The notes beneath the pieces are model-generated. The model did no database searches and was not told the origin of the DNA. It was given only the letters and a program-made list of their open reading frames with translations. A stretch of 64,000 bases of DNA from Octopus sinensis (Eukaryota), in NCBI RefSeq assembly GCF_006345805.1, contig NC_043009.1, positions 50,282,001 to 50,346,000 on the forward strand, written 5' to 3'. Each line of letters opens with the position of its first letter. The stretch's first letter is position 1. Of this stretch, positions 11,488 to 24,780 are shown piece by piece. The position numbers were made by a program, and so were the translations under genes.

Positions 11488-13130
11488 ATGTTTTCTGAAC
11501 TGTTTAATTTCAAACATGTTAATATCTGTTTGCCAACAGTAACTAACAACTAAAGATAATACATCTTGAACACACAAATGAATCTTTGCCACCAGTAGCT
11601 ACTATTATGCAGATTAGACATGGACAATATGATAATAAATTGTGTCATGGCTGGCTGACAATGGCTGATAGTAGATTAGTATAGCTTTATTTAAATTATC
11701 AGATTACAGCTGCCTATAAGTGATAACTGAAGTAGATGGCAAATATCAATGATAACAAATAGTACAGGAAAAAATTACAGAAACAAGATCTGTTTAAATC
11801 TCCATCATCAAGGCACGGGCTATTTGGTTTCTATTGGCAACAGATTGTATCATCCTCGACAATGTTTTTACTATGTTTGTGATTTTTTTTTCTTCATCTT
11901 TCCACTTCATCCTGACAAGACAGTTTGGCTGCCTCATTCTCCATTAACATAAAACCTTTACCTAGATAAGGCAGGTTCATACTACGCTCTCAAAAAGTTT
12001 TATAGTCATTTTATTTCTACTATTTCATTTCAGTTTTTATGACTTCCAATATCAGAGTTTGAAACAAATGTAGTTCTACAACTTGATTCTATAGCCTTTA
12101 TTGTCTCACTATACACCCACTCTACCATATGGGAAGTCGTAATTCCAAGATTTAAGTAACTTTAGTTATTGCTACCCACTCTTTTGCCAGATGTCCATAA
12201 ACTATTTAAATCTTCTAATTAGTGAGCATATCCTTAACTATTATTCAAATTCTGTAGCAGTTACTTAAAAGATAAACAAGTCTGTCAGATTCTCCGTGTG
12301 AACCAAACATATCAACTAATCTATTGCATCCATTTAGACAAAAACAAATTTCTTAAACAGATACACAATCAATGTTTCGACTTCTGCATTATATCTACAT
12401 GAGTTACAAACATGAAAGCCAAGATTAAAAAATATGATCTAAAATTTATTTTCTCTTGGATAAAGCATCAATTCTAAAACATAGTATTCTTCTTCTCTCC
12501 ATGGCATATGAACTTATCCAAACTCATGAACTTTTCTGTCATATAAAGACTCTATTGCTGAAACTATCATTTTAAGTTGAATATGCCAAATAAGAAGAAT
12601 AATTACATGCTACAGCAAAAGAATCTTTTATCTACAAATTACAACTTAGTATTGCTATTAGTTAAATTTAGGTGGTATTTATGAGAGAACATCAACAAAT
12701 GTTAATTTTCAACCCCCAAAATTGCAAAAGCATACATATACATACTGTTCATTGCAAGCTGTAATGTACTACTTTTTAAGGACATGTTCTCTCTAGCAAT
12801 GTATCAAGTACCAAGATAGTTCTTCTCAACAACTAAACCATAACCTTAAAAACTGAAACATTATCAAAAATCCACATGGAAAATTAAGGACTGTCAATAG
12901 TTCAGTGGGCCAAACAGAAGATATCTGTCTGACCAATAAAAATGCTTATTGTCAAAAGCATGTACAAATGCAGATAACTAATGAAATAGCTCAATATGCA
13001 AATTGTTATTCATGAGCTTCTCAAATGATATTTATTTTAATATTATACAGTGACCTAAAATCTTGAAATTTTATGAGCTATTTCCAGTATATTAGAGATC
13101 TATCATGAAACATTATTTTGACACATTTTT

Positions 13131-13452
13131 TCTTTTATTCATTTACTTTTTTTAGTCACTGGACGGCAGCCATGCTGGGGCACCTTCTTGAAGGTTTTAG
13201 TCAAAATCAAATTTACCCCAATACTTATTTCAAGTCTGGTACTTTTTCTACCATTCTCTTTTTGCTGGTCCATCAAGTTATGAGAACATAAACTTACATC
13301 AGTCGTCACATGGTGGGGAGACAAACACATATTATACACAAACACACACCATCGTATATATATGTATATGTGTATGTGTGTGTAGCTTCAAACAGTTTCT
13401 GTCTGCCAGTATTGGGTGGCCTGGGGCTATACCAGTAATGGAATTCAACCCA
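13131..13452 (-). mobile_element. Diverged family A-like SINE
   Basis: Degenerate cagccatgctggggcacc tail, acaaacacat segment and cagtttctgtctgcca body. Confidence 0.65.
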
Positions 13453-16130
13453 TTATAGTTAACATATTTACACATAAATTTATCAAAACTTTTTATCAAT
13501 TCTATTGTAAGCAAACCATTATTCTCGACACACAAGATGTGCTTTTTATCAAGTTTAGTGTGATATGTTCCAAAGCATTTTGAGGTGTTAAAATGTAAAA
13601 CTATGTTAATCGAGTGGTGTCACATAGTTACAGAGAATGTAGTTATAAAACAACTAGAGTAACAATTATATGAACATAATGAGACTTTTAGAACATACTA
13701 GGTGTGAATAAATAACAGATTCAACAAAATTAGCTTGGCTGTTAATTCACCTCTAGGGTATCCATTAATAAAATAGCTGTTAAGTGTCATAAAATTACCC
13801 AACTAACCCAGAACTATGGCCTATAGTACAAAACAAGCACTTAATTCAAGCAGTCACAAATTTCTCTAGTTGCAAATTTAATTTACAATAAAAATAAAAC
13901 AAAAAAAATTCAGTTTTAAATTCCATGAAAATAAATATACAAAACAGGCATGTTTTGACTTTGTTAAACATATGCATGATGATACTAAAACAAGTACCAA
14001 AATGTACCAAAAGAAATCAATCTGGATGTAAAAGAAATTAATTTTTTGCAAAGAAGAGCAAAAATAGTAAGAAATGAAATTATTTTTTGAGAGTATATTA
14101 AAAAAAGAGAAAAGCTTTCAAACTCAAGTGTATCAGTTACAGATAAGAGATATAAGTATTATACCAAACTTTGGCTGGGAAACATTTTTTGGCAATGTTT
14201 ATTGATTGAACAAAATGAAATAAAATTAAAAATCAAATAAAAACATCAAGGAAGATACTAGTTTCAGAAGACGTAATATCTACACATAAAATCTGAAAAC
14301 ATGATATAGTAAACTGGTAATATTTCCAAACAGCAGTTGCAAACCAGTGGGGCATGACAGTTAGAGCTAAGTAGAATTTAAATGATGAAATGGATAATGC
14401 AACTACAAATCTGAATAAGATACAAACGAAAAATATCAGATTAGATATTCATAGAATATAAATATTCACGAAGCGAGAGGGAAGAAGAAAAAATTTAAAA
14501 TGATATGAGTTTATCAGTTTCAAAATTTATTTGCTTAAAATATCAACAGAGGCAACAAACAGTTATTACATATGCAAACAGAAAAATCAAGAAAAGAATA
14601 GTATATTAGTAGAGCAGTGGATGACAAGGTGTAAGTGAGAGTGGTATGATTGCTATTGTAACCAGAAACTAGAAGAAATACATCAAAAGTACAGATGGAA
14701 AAGCATTTGACATGTCTGGTTTATGTCTTCAGATTTCAGTTTATTATATTGACAAATTTACCAAACACACAGCTTGATTACATAATGTGATATGCACATA
14801 CATATGTGGATAATAGTGTGAGTGAATGAGTTTATTTACATACAGCACTGACACACACAAATGGTTGAATGTCAGAGTGCATGAATGTGTGAGTGCTTGT
14901 GTGTTTATGTGTGTATGCCTGTACAAAGCGTTTAAATTTTGTGTATGCTCATGTGTGTGAATGCACACAGAAAGCATAGACTAACATTATATTTACATAC
15001 ACCACATGCAAATGTACATGAACATGTGTGGACATGGACACATACATACACAGAGGGCAAAGAGAGAGTAGTGGACCACATCCTAAAATGTTGATTAAAT
15101 TTTCCAGAGTACACATAATCCCAAGTTATTAATGGTTTTGTATTATAAACATCACTCATTTATTTCTATTCATTGTCAATTATTCACTGATTCTAATATT
15201 ATTTATCTACAAATAGAGACTTGATTTGTTTTGATATTTATTATTATCAATATGTATGAGTGAATATTTGCATGTGTTTGTGTGAGTGTGGATGTGTGTG
15301 TGCATGTATGTGTGAATATGACTAAATATGGTACATTTGGATGAGTGTGGGGTGAGAATGCTTAGGAGGGTTGTGAATGTGAATGTGGATTAATGTGTCT
15401 GTGTTTGTGTGTGGATGATAAAAACAGACAACGGTGAGGGTAAGAACATGTGTACATAAGTGAGTGGGTGGGTCTAGTTTCTTTCACTTTCCTTTTTTCT
15501 TTTTTAGAAATATACATTTCATGTTGAAATTATTTTCAATTGATCTAAATTGGATAATTTCCCATGATACTATTCCCTCTAAAAACAAACCACCTTTGAT
15601 GTGTAATGAGATTACAACGTCATCACCATCATTATCATCAGTAGCAGGAGTTTTGATTTTGAGCTTCAGGTATTCAATTCTGGAGCTGTGCTACTATTTG
15701 AAGCAAAATTCCTTAATCCACTTAATATCTGAATGGGTTATAGCGGTCTGCAAAGCTAAACATTCAGAATGATCTGTTGAATCAAAATATTGCTATAACA
15801 TTCTTTTAAAACAAATTTCAAACAAGGCTGATAGATCGATCATAACAGTAAATAGGCAAAAATTAAGGCTAATAATATACCAAGTAATAGGGCTGATAAA
15901 CTTCAAACCATATATACTTATATATGATAGGACATCAGCCTCCTTAACAACAGTTCTATCAATATACATCTAATACATGTACAACAATCTTTAGATACAC
16001 ATATGCGCACACATACACAGACACACACACACCGAAGATAGAAGTTGCTTCAAACAACTCAATGAAATGATTTCATATTCAAAGAGTAAGCACACACGCA
16101 CACACACACACGCACACACACACACACACA

Positions 16131-16166
<36 letters not shown>

Positions 16167-16296
16167 ACACACACACACACACACGTGTGTATATATGACA
16201 GTTAGATGGATATAACCTCGAAAACAACATCAAAGATGATATATAACGAAAGTTTTAGTTAATAGTTTCAAGCTCAGGGAAATAGAAACAGAAATG

Positions 16297-16332
16297 TCTT
16301 GACGTTTGAGGCATAAACACTTCATCAGAAGA
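16297..16332 (-). ncRNA. Degenerate minimal type I hammerhead (Penelope pLTR type), probably inactive
   Basis: The minus strand reads tctt CTGATGA agtgtttatgcct cAAA cgtc aaga. Stem I is tctt/aaga, the core is intact, and G12 is replaced by C. Confidence 0.5.
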
Positions 16333-16541
16333 ATTAATGAGAGATGTGATAAGATTAAGAAAAACGAAAATGCTAAGAGAGAAAAACTGTAAGAAAGACA
16401 AGAATCCACAAACAAATCTCATAATGACATTGTATTGAAAATGACCAGAAAGTGAGAAGGAAAAAGAAAATGCTTCAAACATGGGAGATGAAATGAAGCA
16501 TAGTATATGTAAGATGTATATATATATATAAATATATATAT

Positions 16542-16910
16542 CATCATCATCATCATCATCATTTAGCGTCCGCTTTCCATGCTAGCATGGGTTGGACAGT
16601 TCAACTGGGGTCTGGGAAGCCAGAAGGCTGCACCAGGCCCAGTCTGATCTGGCAATGTTTCTACGGCAATGTTTCAACCACTCCGTGAGTGTAGTAGGTG
16701 CTTTTTACGTGCCACCGGCACAGCTGCCAGACGGGGCTGGCAAACGGCCACGGTTGGATGGTGCTTTTTACATGTCACTGGCGCGGGGGCCAGGCGTGGC
16801 TGGCAACGGCCACGATCGGATGGTGGTTTTTTATGTGCCACTGGCACGGGGGGCCAGGCGAGGCTGGCAACGGCCACGATTGGATGGTGCTTTTTACATG
16901 CCACCGGCAT
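16542..16910 (-). mobile_element. Family C SINE-like element with (CAT)n tail and modular ~60-65 bp internal units
   Basis: Reverse complement of the 17500-17763 and 40908-41290 elements (ccaacccatgctagcatgga..ggacg.taaa.gatgatg). Confidence 0.9.
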
Positions 16911-17097
16911 ATATATGTCTGAGCACTTATTGTTGTTTTATAAAAACGTGTGTTAGTGTGGTTCACTTGATATTCTGCTATGTGGTTGTATTTGTGTGTG
17001 TGAGAGTGTGACGAGCATTGTTGATGTTTACTGTATGTCAATGCTTATTTATTGAGCTATATAGCGTTGTGCTTGTGTGTGAAAGAATATGGTTGCT

Positions 17098-17763
17098 TTG
17101 AACCAGCCAGGATCCCTGGTCTGGTGGTACGTAAAAAGCACTATCCGACTCGTGGCCGTGGCACGTAAAATACTCCAATGCGACCGTACGACAGGCACCC
17201 TTGCCAACCCCCTTTGCTTGTGAAGACATGTTGGGGCAAGCGAAATCGAAATCGAATTGAACCAGCCAGGATCCCTGGTCTGGTGGTACGTAAAAAGCAC
17301 TATCCGACTCGTGGCCGTGGCACGTAAAATACTCCAATGCGACCGTACGACAGGCACCCTTGCCAACCCCCTTTGCTTGTGAAGACATGTTGGGGCAAGC
17401 GAAATCGAAATCGAATTGAACCAGCCAGGATCCCTGGTCTGGTGGTACGTAAAAAGCACTATCCGACTCGTGGCCGATGCCAGCACCGCCTCGACTGGCT
17501 TCCGTGCCGGTGGCACATAAAATACACCAATCTGACCGTGGCCGTTGCCAGCCCCGCCTGGCACCTGTGCAGGTGGCACGTAAAAAGCACCCACTACACT
17601 CACGGAATGGTTGGCGTTAGGAAGGGCATCCAGCTGTAGAAACATTGCCAAATTAGACTGGAGCCTGGTGCAGCCTTCTGGCTTCCCAGAACCCCGGTCG
17701 AACCGTCCAACCCATGCTAGCATGGAGAACGGACGTTAAACGACGATGATGATGATGATGATG
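17098..17763 (+). mobile_element. Family C element with an internal 159 bp tandem duplication
   Basis: ttgaaccagccaggatccc starts at 17098, 17257 and 17416. The 3' part is ggttggcgttaggaagggcatccagctgtag...(GAT)n. Confidence 0.9.
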
Positions 17764-18112
17764 TAGTGGTGTATGTATGCTTGAAGTTTATGCATGTGAA
17801 GTTGAGTGTGTGTGTGCGTGTGTTGATTTGTTACAGTGAGAGGGTGCATGTGCTTATTGGCTTTTGTGTGTGTATGTTATACATGGTAAGATGTATATTG
17901 TTTTATAGCTACATGCATGTGTGCTCAACATCTGTATTAGTGTATTAATGTTGTTCTTGTGTGTTATATTTTCTTGTATGGTGTGGGTGACTTACGTTTA
18001 CAGTGTATGTGTGTGAATATTAAATGCATGTTTATGTGTTACTATCTAAATGCTTGAGTGTTCATTACATTTAGTACAATATTAGTCTTATTGTCTATTT
18101 TTATGTGTATAT

Positions 18113-18146
<34 letters not shown>

Positions 18147-18736
18147 ATATACACACACATACATGAATGTATGTGTGTGTGAAACATGTTTATGAATATT
18201 CAAACATCAAGAATGAATGTATGTGAGTGTATACACACACACAAACACACACATATATCTATATATTTGTATAAAGGGTAAAATATGAAAAATCAACGAA
18301 AATGCATATTGCAAATAGAAAAAGGCTATTTATGAAAGGTAGTAACAAATATATACATTTAGATTGACTGAGGTAGTAATACGAGTCATAAAGGTCATTA
18401 TTATGAGATTTTATTATTTTATTATTATTATTTTATTATTATTTGTATAAATATATATTTATGTTTATATGTATGTATGCATGTATGTATATGATGTTCT
18501 TGCATGGCCATAGTCAAATAACTGAAACAATTAGGAAAGAATAAAAAAGAATAATACATACAGACATATATATGTAAGTATAAATCATCATCACTGCAAT
18601 AACATCCACTTTATGATGCTTTCATAGGTCATATAAACTTCTTCTGGGACAAACATTTTCTATAGATGGATGATGCACAGATGTGCATATACGTATAAGT
18701 TAGTGTGTGCTTCTCTGTGTGGGTATTAATGTGTGT

Positions 18737-18739
<3 letters not shown>

Positions 18740-18780
<41 letters not shown>

Positions 18781-19080
18781 TATATATAAGTGTACATATG
18801 TATGTATATTATATATATATTATATATATATATATATATATACATGCATGCATGCATGCATACATACATACATACATACATACATACATACATACATACA
18901 TACATACATACATACATGTATGAGTGTACATGTGTGTGTGTGCACATGCAAGTATTTACAAGCATACTCACACATATACACACATATATATACACACATA
19001 CACACATACATACATACATACATCCATACATACATACATACATACATACATACATACACATACATACATACACATACATG
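18740..19080. repeat. Compound (TA)n/(TGCA)n/(TACA)n/(CA)n microsatellite
   Basis: Visible; it explains the overlapping YIHT/MYVC ORFs. Confidence 0.9.
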
Positions 19081-20119
19081 TGTATGCATGCACATATGTG
19101 GCTGTATAGGTGTATACTATCTTTCTATAAATATTTATATTTGCATGTCCATATAATAAATATAAATATATGCATGTAGACGTATTTATGTATACATATA
19201 TGTATGTATATATACTCTTGTATACATATATGTCTGCATACATAGATACAAACAAACACACATATACAAACACTAATACTCACATAATACCCAATACCCA
19301 AATTTATATCATACTTTTCTTTAAATTAGTTTTACTTAGTCTGCAATGATTCTAAAATTTACAGTTATTAATTTTACGTAATAACCCATCCACTTTTGAA
19401 AGAATAACAGAATAACCACAACACAAATATATGTGTAACTTTGTCTAACATTAATTTTAAAACTGTTCCATAGAAATAAATTTTTAAATCCTGCATTTTT
19501 TCTGAAAATTATTATTGTTATTATTCACAAGTGGTTATTATTAATATTATTAAGTTATTACTTTAATAATTGTTGTAATGATCCATACAAAAAGTTGTGT
19601 CCCTTTGGTAATGATCTTATACTTATCAACTGGAATAACCTTCCAAATGGTTATGCCCCCTTAGAAATAAGCAAGCTTTGCTTCAGTTGAATAATCACAC
19701 AAGCAAGTTATGTCCCTTGAAAAGATATGTTTCTATTGTTAAAAGTATGACTAGCAAGGCATTGTAACAAACAAATAGATAAAGGACATATAGAGAATAA
19801 ATAAAGCAGATCCTTTTATCATGTGAAAATGAACAAAAGAAGATTACAGAATGTATTAATGAAAAAAAAAAATAACCACCAACACCAACACCAACACCTA
19901 AAGAAGGAAAAAAAAACATAAATCAAAACAAGAAAATTAATTTTTGGAATTTAAAACTGCATGATAATTCGATAGAGAAACAGAAATAAACAAAAAAATA
20001 AAAATAAAAATAATAAATAAATAATAACTTTTTCTTTCAGTTTCCGAGTGCTACTGACAATGTGAAATAGATACTGAGAAAAATATATATATAAGAAATT
20101 ACTATATAACAACAACAAC

Positions 20120-20169
<50 letters not shown>

Positions 20170-20417
20170 CAACAAATAAAAGCAATAATAATAATGTCCT
20201 TTTTCTTTATCAGATTTTCTTGAGAATTACAGAGAATTTTCATCAATAGCAAATAGTTCACTTCGCATGTTAATATCATTCAGTTGATGTACAGTAAAGT
20301 ACATTTTATATACAAATCTAAAGGATTGTAGGGTTTTAGTTTTGGTTGATGATTTTCTTTGTCTTTCCCCCCCCCTCTCTGCTTTTTTTTTTTTTTTTTT
20401 TTTACCAATTTCTTTAG

Positions 20418-20524
20418 ACAGAATTACTCAAACTTGTCATCTCTATGTTGATACTGAAAACATTGAAAGATGCTGCAATGCTCGTGTCACTCTCAGGCAA
20501 ACAGAGCCAGACACATGCATATAG
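20418..20524 (+). other. Candidate internal exon (unidentified)
   Basis: Strong polypyrimidine tract and tctttag acceptor, open frame TELLKLVISMLILKTLKDAAMLVSLSGKQSQTHAY, donor ag|gtgaaa. No homology recognised. Confidence 0.15.
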
Positions 20525-21232
20525 GTGAAAATGCCCTCTCACACACACACATACATACTTATAAGAAAGTCGTAAACATACTGGCTTTCAGCTGATTTTC
20601 CTTTTAGTTTATTTGGTCGACTTAGATATTATCCTTACTTTTTCTATTGAAAAATATTCACCACTGATGTTATATGTATATTTATGTATGAATCTGTATG
20701 TGTATGTATATATATACATATATATAAATATATTTATAAAATATATATATATATATATATATATAAATACACATACATATATACGTGTTTATAAATATGT
20801 GTGCAAGCACAAACATGCACTTTCATACATACATATATACATACACACTGATAAGCATGTGTATATATGTGTGTGTACAATGTATGTATGTGTGTATGTA
20901 TATCTACAGGTTTGGTAGAAAAAAGAGGAAAAACAGTATGCATCCGTATATATATATATACTTATTTATTTTTAATCATCAGAAAGTTACAAAAGTGACT
21001 CAGGGGCTGAAAGTTTCATGCATGGCACAAGCTTAAACCTATCTTTCTATCCATCCATGCATCTATATATTTATATTTAGATAGATATATGTATATATAC
21101 CCCCCACGCACGCACACACACACAAATATACATACGTAAATTTGATTAGTGTCATGCATAAAACTCTTAAGCCTTGAGTCACTTATGTAAATTTCTACAA
21201 ACAAAACAAAAATTGTATACAGATTTGTTGAG

Positions 21233-21240
21233 TGCATGCA

Positions 21241-21271
<31 letters not shown>

Positions 21272-21860
21272 CATACATACATAATACATACATACATGCA
21301 TGCATGCATGCATGCATGCATACATACATGCATGCATGCATGCATGCATGCATGCATACATACATACATACATACATGCATGCATGCATGCATGCATGCT
21401 GCATGCATGCATACATACATAATACATGCATGCATGCATGCATGCATGCATGCATGCATGCATGCATACATACATACATACATGCATACATACATACATA
21501 CATACATACATACATGCATGCATACATGCATGCATGCATGCATACATGCATGCATGCATGCATGCATACATGCATGCATGCATGCATGCATGCATACATA
21601 CATACATACATACATACATGCATGCATGCATGCATGCATGCATACATACATACATACATGCATGCATACATACATACATACATACATACATACATACATA
21701 CATACATGCATACATGCATGCATACATACATACATACATACATACATACATACATACATACATGCATGCATGCATACATACATACATACATGCATACATA
21801 CATACATACATACATACATACGTACATACATACATACATGCATACATGCATACATACATG
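21233..21860. repeat. ~630 bp compound (TACA)n/(TGCA)n tetranucleotide array
   Basis: Visible mosaic of two units; it explains the MHAC/YIHT ORFs. Confidence 0.97.
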
Positions 21861-22229
21861 TATATATATATATGTGTACACACTTACACAAACACACATA
21901 CACATATATGGATATATTCAACTACATATATATGACATGTTTGTGTCTGTATATGTATGTGTGTGCGCATAAAGAATTTTTAATTTATGGATTGTTCCTG
22001 TTTAATCTCAATTTATCAATTCACTAAATATCAATTTTCCCCAAAGAAGGCTTTAGTTAAAGATGAATTACTACTATTTATCTTAATGACTTCCATATAT
22101 CAGAAGATTAATTAAACCTGATGTTAGCTAAATGCCATAACTTACTAAAATGAAGCTAAATACATTCAGTTGTTTGAATCTGGTACCTTGGTAACAAATG
22201 GCTTCCTTAATTTTTATTTGCACCTTTTC

Positions 22230-23120
22230 TCACCTATCTTAGAGGAAGGACTGTGTCTATGGCCTTCAGAAACCCTCCGAAACCAGAAAAAGTAACGGTC
22301 TTCTTAGTCTGCTACAAGTCAATGGCCACAGGGAAAACATGTTCAAAATAGGGATGCCAAAGAACCAGCATTCCATGAAGAAAACACTGGGTTTAATGGT
22401 GAGTGTGAGGCTCATGGGTATGGGCAAGTTATATGGATAATGAAAAGAGGAGAGAGAGATAAGGGAATCAGGAGTGCCCTGATAAGAGTAACAGGAGATT
22501 CACCAACTTTGAGGAGTAACGACCTTATTTGAAGATTGAGAGAGAATGTTTTGGTCTCTAGGTAAAGGACCAAAAGGATTGGATACAGTTTGAAAGGTGA
22601 TAAAGCTTGAGGAGTGTGTGATGTAAGGTGACACCCTTATGATTTGGATGATGGCCATAGAGGAGATTCAATGCTTCCTAAAAGCTTCCACTATGTAGAG
22701 ATACATGATTTTTCCCAGGTATTGGGGGCCACGTTTTTGTCTAAACAGTGGGAGCATAGCTACGAAGAAATCACTTGGAGTACTAGGGAGGTTGTGAATG
22801 TTTGTTATGCATGTAATGTGAAAGGATCTGCTCGAGAGGATCCTTTTGTCACCCCACCTGGGTTTTTCTGATTGGTCTTCAGTGAAATAAATGAACTGTA
22901 GAGATAGTATAAAGTTAATACAGCTCTGTCCGGTTGGCTGCCTAGAACTGTCAAATGGTTTGGAGCCAGGTAATGTTGTATAGAATGTAGATACATAGAT
23001 ATAAGGCAGGGAGTCATGATAAAGCAGTGTTCAGATGACCTGCTATAGGTGGAGAGATAATTATGCTCTGGTAGAGATGGGTTAGGAAGTGCAAAAGAGA
23101 ACAAGAATGCTTGGAGTCTC
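22230..23120 (-). mobile_element. Decayed non-LTR retrotransposon (Jockey/CR1-like RT?)
   Basis: The minus strand has broken RT-like motifs (gtggccattgacttg = VAIDL; ctgaaggccatagacacagtc = LKAIDTV, resembling SKAFDTV) in CT-rich sequence. Many disruptions. Confidence 0.45.
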
Positions 23121-24191
23121 TTAAAGATGTGAGTAATTGATGAAACTAATTGATGCAGAGAATTGATAATTGCAAAAGATTTGGTTGGAAAATTTATTTG
23201 GAGTGACAGAGTGAATGAATACCTTTTAGTATTTGTTCATGTTGCTTACCATTCTTTGCTCAGGTTGACTTTACCTTTAATCTCTCCAAGGGTTAATAAA
23301 AACTAATACCAGTCTACAAGTAATGGAATTGATTTAATCGATTATAACCTTCAAGGTAGTACTGTAACATGGCCACAGTCCAGTGATTGCAACCAGGAAA
23401 AGAATAAAAGAAAGACAATTATGCGTAGGGTGGTGGTGTGGAGAGGCAGAATTTTTTAACAATGCTTAGAGAGTGCACAATAGATTTTATATTATTTACC
23501 AATAATTTAATATAAATTTTATTAATTTTACAAAAATTAAAAAAAAATTTTATGCAATTTATTAATTTTTTTTTTTTTTGTCATTCCACTGAGTTTCTAT
23601 GAAGGAAGTCACAAAATGCCTCATAGGCAAGAAACTAAATACAGTGACGTAAAACATAGCATTCTAAAGACTGTCAGTCTGTCTGACTGTCTGTCCAGCT
23701 CTCCATAAATATAATTAGACCAACTAACCTAACTCAACTGAAATCAATTAAATTTTTCGTTTTCTTCTTTCTTTTTCTTCTTTCCGATTGTTAAATAGAT
23801 AATGATGTTTGGATTTTCCTTTTAGCAATGATATTTAATACAGAGAAATGTATTAATAAAAATTTATAGAAATGAAATATAAATTATGAACTTTTATAAT
23901 TGATTTAATTAATTATACTTATTGATAATGAGCTTTGTATTTCTATCTAAATAACAGCTCCTTCTATTCTATCACTATCAGCTAAACAAAGGAATCATTT
24001 CACACACCCTTTCTCATATGAAGAAAAGAAGAAAATCATCCAATAGGGATGATCATAGATTTGAAATTTTTGTAAATGATTGTTTTGTAAAGATATAGTG
24101 AATGGAAGATAAAATGCTTTACAGTGTATAGCTATAGCCCTTTATGTTCCAAGATCAAACCCTGCCAAGGTCATTTGAATTTCATCTTTAA

Positions 24192-24412
24192 CCCTTTAGT
24201 GTTCGCATTATTCTGCCAAAATTAATCCTTTTTTATCCACATCGTTTTGAACTAATCATGCATTATCTTGTAGCTATGAAATTTTGATGAGGTAGCTGTT
24301 AATTTTTAAAACGATATTGTAGGGTTGGTGTGAGAGACCAGATCTGGCCAGTTTGAACATAAAACAGGCAGAATACTTTTGGCCGGATATGGCTGGTTTA
24401 AATGCTAAAGGG
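24192..24412 (-). mobile_element. piggyBac-type MITE (family D)
   Basis: TTAA at 24188-24191 and 24413-24416; ends CCCTTTAG/CTAAAGGG; reverse complement of 32423-32643. Confidence 0.88.
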
Positions 24413-24780
24413 TTAAGGATTCAATAAAAAAGAAAAAGGTACCTGTCAAGTAATGGAATCATCATAATCATTTACAACTTCCTCCGGGATCTTATGTTTA
24501 TGTCAGATATTAATATGTTCCTCTTAGTATCAATATATGCAGTCTAGTTTTCATTCACTCAGAACCACACTCTTTCATTTCACATTTTATGCATAAAACC
24601 TCTGGGACTCTGTGCTGTTTGAAAGCAAAAGTGACTATTAAGGCATCCTTGTAGCTACATTTAGATCAAGGTATGTAATATGATGATAAGGAGGAGGGGT
24701 GTGTCAATTTTTTACATTTATTTTAACCATCACTGCCCAAACAATATCATTCACACACACACACACACACACACATATAC

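Noticed and set aside
17098-17478. CRISPR-like repeat array
   Set aside because: Head-to-tail identical units without spacers in eukaryotic DNA.
16592-17723. GC-rich 139-224 aa ORFs
   Set aside because: They lie entirely within family C repeats and their tandem duplication.
21179-22027. Long (225-263 aa) ORFs
   Set aside because: They are translations of the TACA/TGCA array, which is stop-free by composition.
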